A stretch of 62,551 bases of DNA, filler included, from Diploschistes diacapsis (GCA_023645945.1; 21 parts of 21 records of this genome joined end to end with filler, not necessarily neighbours in it), one strand, 5' to 3'. Positions 1 to 12,159 are shown, numbered from the whole stretch's first letter. Notes: generated by a model from the sequence alone, not told the origin. Made by a program: numbers and translations.

Positions 1-749
1 GTAATTCTATTTATTTACTAATCTACTTCGTTAAAAAGCAATTAGCTATATAAGAACGCGCCATGGCTCCTATAAGTCGGGGTATGTTTATTTTTATAAA
101 CATCTTTAGCGATTACTCGAGATCAATTTATATTCGTTTACTTCTATTATTAAATAATAATCTTTTTAGAGATCAGAATAGACTTATTACCGATCTATTT
201 CTTCTCCTTCCATACTCCTTTTCTACCAGAGACCAAATGTTATGATCTCTATCTATACAAGGTATACACGAGTAGGATCAAGGTGGGTTTAGTCTCTGTT
301 AAAAAAGGAATATAATAAAAGAAGAAGATAGAGCAGTCACAAATCTTAAATTATCTCTAAAAAGAAGGCTTTAAAATAATAAAAATAACGAATATAAATT
401 AATCCCGAACAATAACTTAAGATATCTATAAAAATAAACACGCTCTCTTTTACGAAAATAAAATCGTGCTTATATATAATTAACTCGTTCGTCGCTTACC
501 GTAAGCTCAGCGAACGGTACCCCCGAAACTCGTCGTTCATAAAAATAAACGCGACCGTCGAGCGGTAACGAAAGCCTGCTCGCCGTTTACGAGAATGAGC
601 GCGAGCAGTGAGCGCATCACGTGACCCCTGGTCCCGTGACTGATCTATATACAAAGCTGGGACGTGCCAAGTCTGGTACTTGGATCGTAACACCAAACCC
701 ACCTCGATCAATACCTCGTGTCTACGTTGTAGAGATAGAGATCATAATA
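1..749 (+). mobile_element. Gypsy-type LTR (family B), 5'-truncated, interrupted by a second family-B LTR
   Basis: Ends GAGATAGAGATCATAATA (RIP form of ...CATAACA). Joining 1-237 to 698-749 restores the sequence seen at 57600-57717 and 62200-62308. Confidence 0.8.
238..692 (-). mobile_element. Solo LTR, family B (455 bp)
   Basis: Plus-strand ends TGTTATGATC...GATCGTAACA (TG..CA, ~10-bp terminal inverted repeat). 5-bp TSD CCAAA at 233-237 and 693-697. Confidence 0.9.
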
Positions 750-1466
750 TAAACACAAGGCGCGCTGTCTAGGGAGACTTCCCTTGCTGTAGTAGGTAGG
801 TAGTCGTAGGTGGTGTAGTAAGGGAATGTAGTGTGATCTCGTAGTTAACAGCATACCTAGGTGGGACATTTGTGAGGTGTAGGATGCGTTGCTTGTCTAG
901 AGTTACCTAGCAGGCCTCCTTAAATGGAGCTGCCCTATAGGGATTACCTTTATCAAGTCTACCGTTTACTTTTATGTTTATATACGATCCTTTTCTTTAA
1001 TAATTCGCTGTCTTATAGCGAATTTTATATAAGTCTTTTTAATAGGAAATTTCTATCCCGTTATCTTTATATCTTAATGTAGTCCTGTATTTTTCCGATA
1101 ACTGAAATATTTAGAAGTTTATTATATTTAATATTTTTTTATCGACGTAGCCGTGTTTTTAAACTTATTTCTTTATATTTCATTCTTTTAAATATAGTTA
1201 AATAGGAGGGCGGTGCCTATCTAAAGATATCCTTATTTCTAATCGTATTTATATCATCCGTAAATATTTTTTATAAGATATTTTTATTTTTTGTAATATT
1301 TTTATTATCCGTTAATGTTCTTTTAGATAGGTATAATTAGCAGCACGTCTGCTCCTTTTATTTTTCTTCTACCTCCTTTCCCGTTATATTTCTCAAATAG
1401 GTAATAATAAGTAAGCAAGTAGGACAGCAGGTAAGTAGGTTATTATATAAATAATAAGTAAGTAAG

Positions 1467-1681
1467 TAGAACGCCCCTACAGGAATACTACACAACCAGG
1501 GGCTGAGCCTGATCTGGAAGGATCACGTGTAGCTGCAATCTGTAGGCCGAATGGTTCAGATTCGAAAAGGTAAGGAAGGAACTATCTAGGTGGGAGTAGG
1601 GCACAAACAAACAGTCTGGGTGCCAGCCCTACTGCCCTACGGGGTTCAACCCTTGAACCCACAAACGTTCAGGATGTTCCA
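1467..1681 (-). mobile_element. Solo LTR, family A
   Basis: TAGAAC...GTTCCA on the plus strand. TSD GTAAG at 1462-1466 and 1682-1686. Matches six other copies in the window. Confidence 0.92.
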
Positions 1682-1857
1682 GTAAGAAAGTATTAAGCAG
1701 GAAGGTCAATCATATAAAAAATTCGCAAGCAAGGAAGTATTAAGCAAGTAGGTAGGAAAATAAGCTTATTACGAAGCTAGCAAACAACCGAATAGTTATA
1801 TAAATAAGCAGATTTTCCTTTATTATAATTATAGGCCTTTAGGGCTTTGTAATACCG

Positions 1858-1957
1858 NNNNNNNNNNNNNNNNNNNNNNNNNNNNNNNNNNNNNNNNNNN
1901 NTTAATTAATTAANNNNNNNNNNNNNNNNNNNNNNNNNNNNNNNNNNNNNNNNNNNN
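1858..1957. other. Artificial contig linker (first of 20; others start at 3812, 5766, 7717, 31543, 33494, 35442, 37390, 39333, 41276, 43214, 45152, 47088, 49023, 50957, 52891, 54824, 56757, 58690, 60621)
   Basis: Same 100-bp unit each time: 44 N + TTAATTAATTAA (stops in all six frames) + 44 N. The short contigs decrease in length from 1857 to 1831 bp. Confidence 0.98.
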
Positions 1958-3299
1958 ATCCATTTCTTTATTTTTAAGGTATATGCGTATAAGTTCGAAT
2001 TATTATTATTAGATTTCTTTTTTTATGATAAAAGTAATCCGTTTTTTGGATAAGATGTTTATTTTATTATTATTTTCGTGAATAAAAAAAATTTATTAAA
2101 TAGATAACTCGTAGTTAATAAATAATTAATTAATGGTATAAAAAGTGATTTTCTATAATAGAAATAAAAGTAATCGATTAGGTTTAGTAGCGGTTTAATT
2201 GAATTTCGATGGTTGACGAATGGTCGAATGGATTTAGAAGTAGTTCGGCTGGATCTCGGTGATTATCGAAGATATCGAAATGATTCAGCGGCGATAGGTT
2301 GAATATCGATGATTGTCGAAAGATTAAATCGATTTAGTAATAGATTTAGCTGGATATCGATGATTAATAGATGTCGGTTAAGTTCAGTAAGGGTTCAACT
2401 GAATTTCAATAGTTAACGAGGTTTTCGATTAGATCTAGTAGCGTAAATAACGGTTCTATTAGGTATCGAGGGTTAACGAGATGATCGAGAAGGTTTAGCG
2501 TGGTTTAGTTGAATGTCGATTATTGTCGGGAAATATCGAGATAGTTTAACGTGGTTTAATTAATTTTCGATAATGGATAAAATCGAAAGGGTTTAATAAC
2601 GAAAGTAACGATTCTATTAGGTTTCGAGGATTGATAAGAGATTTAATTAGATTTAGTAGAGAAGGTAGCGGCTTTATTGGGTGTCGAAGGTTATTAAGGT
2701 GATCGATGGGGTTCAGCGTGGTTTAGTTGAATTTCGATATTATTAAAGAGAGAAAGAAAGTTTTTTTTTTTGGTCTGTATAGATGATAATCTGGATTTAA
2801 ATATTTCTTATTTAGGCTTATTTTGGGCCAGCGTAATAAAAGCCCGCGTTCTTTTAAAGTAGTATAACTTCTATTTTTGAATTAATTTATTTTAGGGTTT
2901 TATAATTTACATCTTAGGTTTTCGGATTTTTTCGATTTAGGTTTTTTAGATAAGGTTAATGTATCGGTCCCGCGTTCGTAACCGTTTTAATTGTCGGGAA
3001 GATTTATTTTTAATAATTAAAGACGAAGTGATTCGAGTAAATTAATCCGGGCTTATAATCTATTTAATAACGTAATAGATATATTAAAGTTTAAAATTTT
3101 ATCTTATAAAGATATTTTATTGCGTAAATTTTTATATTTTACGGGATCCGTTAAGTTTTATTATTAATACTATTCCCGATCGGTTTAGTTAGAGTATTAA
3201 AAGGTTTAGTTAAATTGAACCTCGGAGTTCAGCTGAACTGAACCCCCGACTGGAACTTAGTCGAACTGCCAGCCATGCCTTCTGACTGTCTGCTCAACA
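1958..3299 (-). mobile_element. Ty1/copia 5' end: LTR family C (3061-3299), PBS and degenerate internal region with tandem repeats
   Basis: Minus strand starts TGTTGAGCAG. The LTR is followed by GATTATAAGCCCGG, a RIP form of the GGTTATGAGCCC copia PBS. Imperfect internal repeats at ~2170-2750. Confidence 0.72.
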
Positions 3300-3329
3300 C
3301 TTTCGAATAATATTTAATTGAATTAAAAA

Positions 3330-3478
3330 CGTAACTATTAAAATACACGAATACGGACACCGTAATAAATAATTTTCGACACGGACACTAACACGGACAC
3401 GGACACTACGGCTAAAAATTTCAAAGCACGGACACTACCACGGACACGGCCGTGTCAGTGTCCGTGACGGCCAGCCTA
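3330..3478. mobile_element. Terminus of family D non-autonomous TIR element
   Basis: ACACGG-rich array ending in ACGGCCAGCCTA. Confidence 0.8.
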
Positions 3479-3811
3479 GCTGGGAGTTCGACTGAGTTCC
3501 AGTCGGGGGTTCAGTTCAGCTGAACTCCGAGGTTTAATTTAACTAAACCTCCTGGAATTCTGACTAGACCGATCGGGAGTAATATTAGTAATAAAACTTA
3601 ACGGATCCCGTAAGGTATAAAAGTCTACGCAGTAAAATATTTTCATAAGATAAAATCTTTAAACTTTAATATATTTATTACGTTATTAAATAGGTTATAA
3701 ACCCGAATTAATCTATTCGAATTACTTCGTTTTTAATTATTAGAAATAAATCTTCCCGATAATTAAAATGGTTACGAACGCGGGACCGAATACGCTAGCC
3801 TTGTTTAGAAG
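3479..3811 (+). mobile_element. Ty1/copia 5' LTR (family C, truncated), PBS and leader
   Basis: Inverted copy of ~2942-3274. PBS GGTTATAAACCCG at 3693-3705. Confidence 0.75.
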
Positions 3812-3911
3812 NNNNNNNNNNNNNNNNNNNNNNNNNNNNNNNNNNNNNNNNNNNNTTAATTAATTAANNNNNNNNNNNNNNNNNNNNNNNNNNNNNNNNN
3901 NNNNNNNNNNN

Positions 3912-4296
3912 GGAGTGTGGTAGGAGAAGAAGATAGATCAGTTATAGGTCTTGGACTGTTTCTAGAAAGAAGGTTCTTTAATGATAGAAGTAACGAATAT
4001 AAATTAATCCTAAATAATAACTAAAGATATTTATAAAAGTAAACACGCCCTAAATTTATAAAGGCCATAACGACGTTTTTATATAACTAACAGCTCCCTT
4101 AATAAAGTAAATAAATAAATGAATAAAATTACCGTTCTTTCTTTCTATTTTCGGTTGAGTAGAATAATCTTTCAGACCTTCTACTCGTCACGTGACCTAT
4201 GTCACCCTCATTGGACTATATACAAAGAGTGGTTGGGACGTGCCCGATTAGCTGTTGCGTGCCAAGTACTACCGCCTAGTACGTTGGATCGTAACA
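3912..4296 (-). mobile_element. LTR family B (partial)
   Basis: Ends GGATCGTAACA. Similar to 238-692 and, inverted, to 32766-33106. Confidence 0.8.
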
Positions 4297-5520
4297 TATA
4301 AGATCTAAACATTTAATGTTTAAAAGATTATTAGAATTAATTCAGTTAAATTTAAAGAAGATAGAACGCTTATTTTTCAAGAAATAAGACTATTTAAAAG
4401 TTATAGAAAGGACGATAACGTAATATTCATCCGAAAGCCACCGGGACGTCCAGCCAACAATTTAATATCTGATATTGAAGGTATCAACGACGGATTAATT
4501 ACTTACGTTAAGGACGCATCAACGATAAAGACAAAGGTTCAGCTAAATCACACTGAACTGTTACCATCTACTCCTTATAAAGATTACAACACCCTAAAAA
4601 CCCCTGTTCCCGTTCCTTATGATCAAGCCGAGCCAGATAATAGTAGCCGACGGTTAATACAGAAGTTCCTACGGGTTGAAGTTTTTAAGAAAGAAAATAT
4701 AAAATCAGAACCTAAATTTGAACCTATTGAACCAGATATACTAAAATCTATTACGTTAATAACGAACATTATATACGTCATTAATAATCTATCTACGCAT
4801 ATAATACCCGTTAACGTCAAATTAACAACGTCTAACACGTAGGATTCTTAAATAATAAACGATATAAACGCCGCGTCAATAATTATAACCGTTTAAAGCA
4901 TTAAAGAGTTATATAACACGAATTCCGTTATTAATAAACGATAACGGGATGTCGAATATTTCTTATTAATTAAAATATTGAGAAATTATATGGCGCTTAT
5001 AATCAATAAATAAAAGATAACGAACGACGTTGGTTTAAAATCGACCCGTGTCAGCATCTTAAGGAACTATAGGGAAGCCGTAAATGATCTAATCTTCGGA
5101 CAAGAATAAAAAACAGTAGTAAAGAAAGAAATTGATTTTTTGTTATTAAATCAGATCTAGACTGAATTACTTAAACCATTTAAACCTATTAATATTATAA
5201 GCTTAAAATAGGTTTTGGATATTAAGTATAATTTTAATGGCGATATTAAAAGGTTTAAGGCTCGATTAATCGTAAAAAGGTTCTCGTAAAGACAAGATAT
5301 CGATTTCGATAAAATATTTATTTCTATTATTTAAGTCGACTCGTTACGGATTCTACTGGCGGTTATAACAACTAAAGATCTAGAATGTCATTAAATGAAC
5401 GTCAATAATACGTTTATCGAAGTATCGTTGACATATCAGATCTACATAACCGTATTAGAAGGATATAGCGTTCTAAAAGGCACCGTGCTTAAAATTAATA
5501 AAAGCTTATATAAGTTAAAT
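4297..5520 (+). mobile_element. RIP-degraded Ty1/copia pol fragment (integrase-RT spacer and start of RT)
   Basis: ~5240-5320 reads GDIKRFKARLIVKRFS*RQDIDFDK, a RIP form of the copia RT motif KARLVAKGFSQ..GIDFD. Multiple stops. Confidence 0.88.
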
Positions 5521-5765
5521 TAGGCTGTCCGTCACTGACACTGACACGGCCGTGTCAGTGACACGGACACTGACAATGTCAGTATCCGTATTTTAGATTT
5601 TTTAGCTGCGGTGTCCGTGTCCGTGGATTCACGGAAGTGCAGTGTCCGTATTAATATTAATATTTTAAAATTTTTAATTGTAGTATCCGTATCCGTGTTT
5701 TTAATATAATGTAATATCCGTATTAATATCCGTGCCGAGAAATTTTTTATTATAATATCCGTGTC
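5521..5765. mobile_element. Family D element end inserted in copia RT
   Basis: TAGGCTGTCCGTCACTGACAC terminus followed by a CCGTGT array. Confidence 0.82.
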
Positions 5766-5865
5766 NNNNNNNNNNNNNNNNNNNNNNNNNNNNNNNNNNN
5801 NNNNNNNNNTTAATTAATTAANNNNNNNNNNNNNNNNNNNNNNNNNNNNNNNNNNNNNNNNNNNN

Positions 5866-7716
5866 ATTCTTAGATTTACGTATTATATCCTTTAATATAG
5901 TTTGCGAATGATTACGCTTTCGAACGCTATTTATAGTTAAATAAAGTTCCTTTAAGTTATCTATAGCGATTATTAGTTTTATATATGTAACCTATAATAT
6001 CGTAAAAAATGAACGTAAGAAATAATACGTACCCGATATTTAAAATATTTTATTATCGTTACCCTTTTCCAAACCTTCGATTATCGAATCATAACCTAAA
6101 AAAAAAAGTATATTATTCTATATAAAATCAAAATCTATTTCCTATAATATCTCGACAGGATCAATCTCGCTAATAAATTCTTCTTTAAATTCTGGATCGT
6201 CGGCCGTTTTAATATATTCTTCTTCCTCCTCTTCCTCGCGCGTAGAATTAGGATCTTAGGGTAAATAACGCCTTCGCCGATTCGTGATATTAGAATCGTC
6301 GGGTTGCCGTAAATAATATCCGATAACGAAAGTCTTACGGATAATTAAATCATGCAAACGAGATCGTCGATATATAATAAGATCTCGACCGCGATTAAAT
6401 ACCCTCTCAATATTAACCTTCGAGATTAAAACCGCTAGGACATCACGCGTCATTCGCGCCAGCTTCGGAACTATTTATTCATTAATACGCCACTATTTAA
6501 GAAAGTTAAGTTCCTTATCTTTATTATAAGTCACGTTACCGTCCAAATATTATAAAGCTTAAGTTCGTTTATTCTTTATAATTCGTTTCGTTTAATAATT
6601 AATTTTAAAATTAATAAAAATTGTTAAACCTGACGTAACGTTAAGCGTTCTCGGTCGATAAATATCACGTTAATAATATTTTTTAAAGAAATTTGTAAAT
6701 TCCTTTTTATATCGACGTTGATATTTTTCATTATTTAGAAATTTATTCTTGTCTTAATCCTATATAGAATCAGTTAATATACTAATAACTAAACTTTAAT
6801 ATTATTATCTTATATAATAATAACTTATTGTTTAAATCGAGAACGGTTGTAAGATTATAAAGAAATCCGTTTTAATTTTTTGTTTTAAAATAATATTCTC
6901 CGATCTTTACGATGGCGGCCTTAATCGCGGGAATAATATCGTTATAAGACCGCTTATGTTTAAATAACCTATCCTTAGATTTTATTAATTGGTCCTCGAA
7001 GTGATCTATAATAGCATATAGAAGATAAAGGAGCGATATAAAAGAAATCCTCGAGATCGCGATAAAATATCCGTAAGTTTTATTAAAGGTTATAGAACGG
7101 AAGTTATTAATCGAATATGAAACTATTCTTCATCCGTAACTTTAAGTTTACGTAACTTGTCTCGGAGATTTCCGCTTAAATCCTATATTTCTTATTTAAG
7201 CTATCTTACGATCGCATCCTTTTTATAATATGCTTGAATGATCATCTAATACGTACTCTTCTAGCGAACAGTGAAATCTTTTTGAATTATCGAAGGTTAT
7301 TTTACGGTCATGTCTCGTTATAACGTCAGAAAACGTTCGTAACGGGTAACCGAAGAATTAATCATATTTGTGAAAATACGAATCTATTATAATTAATATT
7401 TCTTCGTAAGAATTGAGCGTAAGAATTTAAAATTTATTTTAACGATTATATTTATAGGGCCTATTGTTACCGAGATTTTTACGATACGCGAGTTATTGTT
7501 AAACTCGTTCTCGTCGTTGGCCGGAGCTTGAATATCTAGTTTATTATAAAAAGCTTTAATTACGAGTTGAATAACATGCGCAAGATAAGGTATATTAAAT
7601 CTATCCGGGTCTTAATCGGTTCTATTCTTTCTTATATATTTTATAAGAATATTACGCGCGCGGATAAAATTAGTATTATTATTACTTATTATTCTAAGCA
7701 ACCGTGAATATAGATT
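5866..7716 (-). mobile_element. RIP-degraded hAT transposase
   Basis: Minus strand shows IPYLAHVIQLVIKAF (CxxH motif, ~7550-7595), DFTVR*KST (RW motif, ~7250-7285) and the C-terminal dimerisation motif PKLARMTRDVLAVLISKVNIERVFNRGRDLIIYRRSRL (~6350-6470). Confidence 0.88.
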
Positions 7717-8077
7717 NNNNNNNNNNNNNNNNNNNNNNNNNNNNNNNNNNNNNNNNNNNNTTAATTAATTAANNNNNNNNNNNNNNNNNNNNNNNNNNNN
7801 NNNNNNNNNNNNNNNNGGGGGGGCTGGGTTGGTAAGAGGGCACCATGAACCTATTTCCCTATATAATAATATCGTCTTTCCTTCTAGGCCTGTTTACTTT
7901 GTTCGAAAGATAGGTATCTCACTCAAACACTCTCAAAAATCACCATCTTCTTTTTCCTTTCGCGGGTCGTTTTCTGAATTGTACTAGTACATTTCTTTTC
8001 CGATACTTCAGTCTATTTGTTCAATCGTTTTCATTACCCTCAGCCAAAACTTTGTATCAAACCACAGATCCGGCATC

Positions 8078-9142
8078 ATGGTTGTCACTAGCAAAGTTCT
8101 TGGACTTGCTCTTTTGAGCGCCCTGTCGCTCGCCGCCCCCTTTGAGGAATACTCCCTCGCTGCTCGTAACGCCGATGCCGTTGCTGAAGCCTTGCTAAGA
8201 TTTCATGGACTTGAGACCCGTAATGCTGAGCCAGAGGCCTCTTTCGACCTAGAAGAGGATGCTTACTTCCAGGTTAGTTGCACAGCTAAATCATCCTCTT
8301 GCTTGGCTGACATGTCCATAGGCCCGTGATGCTGAGCCAGAGGCTTATCCCGAAGCCGCAGCCGAGCCCAAGAGCAAGAGTAAGCAGAAGAACAGCAAGA
8401 AGGCTCGAAAGGCCGAGCGTGAACTCAAGCAAATAAAGAAATCCTTGAAGCCTCTCCACAAAGCATACCAGAAGCACCACGAGGGCGCGTCATTCACCAA
8501 ATTTGTCAAGAGTCTGCCAAAGGACATGAAGAGGATGCAAAAACGCAGCAAGCGTCTAAGCAAGCGTGTCAAGTCCCTGCGACAGATCAACAGGAAGCAG
8601 AAGAAGCAGATGAAGAAGTTATCCAAGAAGCTCAGCCAATACAAGAACTTCATGGCCCAGAACAAGTCGATGGCCACCAAGTTCAAGAAGTACCAGGAAA
8701 AGCACTCCAAGCGTGACGCCATTCCCGATCCAGAGGCTTTCGCTGAGGCTGACGCCTACGCGATGCCCGAGGCATTGGCCTACCCTGCTCCCTGGGCCTA
8801 TGCTGAGGCTGCCGACCCACCTGCTCAGCCACCAAAGCATGAGGACAAGAAGAAGAAGGAAGATGAGAAGGAGAAGAAGAAGAAGAAGGGAGGAGCCGAG
8901 AAGAACAAGACGGGTGCAGAGAAGGGCCAGACAAAGGCCGAGAAGATGGTAAGTGAACTCCTTCTGCGCCGAAGCTCAACAGTCACTAATTCATCTCACA
9001 GGAGAAGCTCGAAGAAGCGGAGGACAACATCCAGGACCAAGAGGACAAACTAGATAAAGACGAGCCCAAGAAAGACAAGAAAGCGAAGAAAGCTGACAAG
9101 CCCGTTAAGGATGCCAAGAAGAAGGAGGACGATTCAGACTAA
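8078..9142 (+). CDS. Secreted 320-aa precursor with Kex2/Ste13-type processing sites and a Lys-rich cationic segment (exons 8078-8272, 8322-8948, 9002-9142)
   Basis: Hydrophobic signal peptide (VLGLALLSALSLA-AP). Two phase-0 GT..AG introns with branch sites GCTGAC and ACTAAT. Four R/KR sites each followed by X-A/X-P dipeptide runs. Confidence 0.88.
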
Positions 9143-10035
9143 AGTACTTCTTTGAACCCGGATGGTGTATGAATTATTGTCTTCTTTTGCATCAGCGACG
9201 GCGCTAGGGGGTTGGCCTATGTCTGAAAAATACACGACATGTTGGCTTGACCGGGGTCTGATCATGGGGGACGCATGAAACTTTTCCATTGAACATAATC
9301 TGCTGTACAGAGTGGTCCACCACCACGAATTTTCCAATACCCTACTATGTTGTCGAAGCATTCCTTCCAATATGTGTCTTCATATATTATATATGGATAC
9401 CTTTTTCAAACACCAGTTCGTAAAATTCGGCCGCTTGCTATGGAGTATTTGTCCATGTTTGGTCACAAGTGCCTCAAGAAGAGCTCCTTGGCGGCAAGTC
9501 CCATTCGTCAATCATTAACCGGTTGTCGTTTTTCATGCAGACTGCAGGTTGCAATTATATTATTTGCTCCAAGAAAATGCACAGGAAATGCACAGGAGTT
9601 TGAAACGCCAACAGCAATTATTCCAACGGCACTTGCAAAAGCGCCCCATCAGCACGCGCCACAACCTGTCTTCTTCCTTGGCTCGCTTGTACCGACGACG
9701 GACCACCCATGGATGCGCTACCTGACAACGGGGTGCCGCTTATTCTGACCGTTATCTTGGCAGTATGCAAAATGGGGTGCACACACACTATACGGCGGAA
9801 ATTAATAGTGCCATAATTAATGGCTGGAGCAGCAAGCAAGATAAATAGTCTACTTAAATTTTAAGTGTTTTTGCAACGCATGTCACCGCACCGTGTGATT
9901 TCGTGTGCCTTCCTTACATAGTTATAAGCCGGATCAGCTCATCCACGTCATGTCATGAAGTATCTAATACCCGTGCACATGTGAATGCAAAAGCGTCCAC
10001 CAGAACCCATCCGAACACCGTGCTCTCCGCAATAT

Positions 10036-11159
10036 TCATACTTGCTTGCTCTCAGGCTTGGCAAAGGTCGCCGCTACGATCAACGGGAACACCACCGTAG
10101 CCTCTGCATGCACCTTGACACTCTCCGCCGTAGCCTTGATCTTCCCCCAACTGACCGCCTCGTCCGGCCTGGCGCCGGCATCGCTCCCATCGTACTCCTG
10201 TGCGGTGTTCACGTACACCGCATAATCCGCTCCGTTCCGCATCAAGCACGCGTTTGCGATATGATGCTTGACGACCCCTCCCCCCAGGATGATCATGCCC
10301 GCCCTCTTCGCCGCCATGGCCAGACTGTTGATCTCCCGTATGTCCCTTGTGATGCTGATGTCCAGCACTTTGGGAGACGACCGGAAGGTGTGGAAGAAGA
10401 GCATGTCGCCCAAACTCCCGTCAGTCAGCGCGGGGCAGAAGACGGGAATGTCGTTCTTGTACGCCCAATAGTAAATGGACTCGGGATTGTCGATCTCCTT
10501 ACCCAGCCTGCGGATGACGGTGCTAGGAGTCCAAACGAGCGGCTCTTCAGCGCTGCGAGAGGCCTCCTGCTCCTCGAGCATGGCGTCGAGAATGGGGATG
10601 ACCCAGTCTTCGAAGGCGCAGTAGTTGCTGTTGGGCACGATGAGGTTGCCGATGCGATTCATGCCCTTTGCGCGCAGGTCCGCGCCGCGGAGGTGGAAGG
10701 AGCCGAGATAGGTCGGGGCCAGGCATTTGATTAGGTCTTCCTCGATGCCGCCGGCCGTCGTCACGATGGTGGAAACGTGCTTGTGCTGCACGAGCCAGCG
10801 GAGGGTGGAGCGGAGGCCGGAGGACACGAGGTTGGAGGTGTAGCCGAGGAAGATGGTGGCGCGGTCGCCCGTCTCTGGGTCGCGCCACCTTCGCTGGTGG
10901 AATCAGTCGAGTGACGTTGACTACCGGTGGCTGCGGAGAGGCTTACCATCCCGTCTATTATCCGCGTGGCCTCGGATACGGCGCTGGCTTGGAACCCCAT
11001 GTGGGCCATGCCCTTGATTAGCTCGCTAACTGTAAGCTCCTTGTCCGCATGCTGATCGAAATCTATCCCGCCGACTTGCAGCATGTCGGCCTCGACGGGG
11101 TCGGAGGGCTTTAGGACCGCAGTCGTTGCCGTTCTGGGGGCAGAGTTTTCCCCGTCCAT
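10036..11159 (-). CDS. DYS1: Deoxyhypusine synthase (intron 10894-10946; start may be an upstream ATG at 11180 or 11201)
   Basis: Motifs [60 protein letters not shown]. Confidence 0.96.
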
Positions 11160-11924
11160 TGTTTGCTCTTGAGGAGACATACTGGATTCCGTGTTTTGCA
11201 TGGAGATTTTCCGTATCCCCAAACATCTACATACCGCAACAGCTTCTTGGGCGTGAGAGCTTCAGCGATCCGCGAGGCGCGCTGCCAAAGAAAACTCCGC
11301 ACTGCTAGTAATTTACTTGCTCAGATTCTCGACAATTCAAAAGTACTTCTATGTGCTCCATTCATGTTAGCCTAGATTATTCCAAACTTTGATATAAATT
11401 TGATGCAGAGGATAGTATCAACCCCTTCTTGATCGTTTACTGTCTTCTGCAACTAGCTATGGTCGTAAGCTGACCTCTACCGAATCCTACAAAAGCATTT
11501 GCCCTTGTACCCTCGCGAAATGACCAACTTGGAACTTCTCGCAACCCAATTTTGATGAACAAATAAGGCACAACAACCAGGTCTACAATAAACGCTCAAT
11601 ACTCCATATACCAAAATAACACTATTCCCAGAAGTACCACCATATCAGGAAAAGAAAAACTCGGAGCTTTTTTTGCGCTCTTCCCTTGTAGGCAGCGGTT
11701 ATTGTGACCGTTAATTTTGGTAAATTACAGACGCTAAGCTCGGTTGCCTCGACAATACAAAGCTACTTGGATGTTTGTTGTAGGAATTGAAACACCTACA
11801 TTACTTTTCAGCCAGAGTAAAACATTACATATTCTTTGAAATCCTTTACACTCCATATTGCACTTCCTCTCACCCAATTTATATCGCGTTAACTATCAGC
11901 CTCAAAAGTTTAATATCAAGCTTT

Positions 11925-12141
11925 TGGAACATCCTGAACGTTTGTGGGTTCAAGGGCTGAACCCCCTAGGGCTGTAGGGCTGACCTGGGGAAGTATTTAT
12001 ACCTCGCTACTTCCCATCTAGTTAGTTCTGCACCTTTTCGAATCTGAACCATTCAGCCTACAGATGTCTAGTTACACGTAATCCTTCCGGATCAGGCTCA
12101 GCCCCCGGTAGTGTAGCACTTATTCCTGTAGGGGCGTTCTA
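11925..12141 (+). mobile_element. Solo LTR, family A
   Basis: TGGAAC...GTTCTA. TSD GCTTT at 11920-11924 and 12142-12146. Confidence 0.92.
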
Positions 12142-12159
12142 GCTTTTTGGGTTTAAAGC

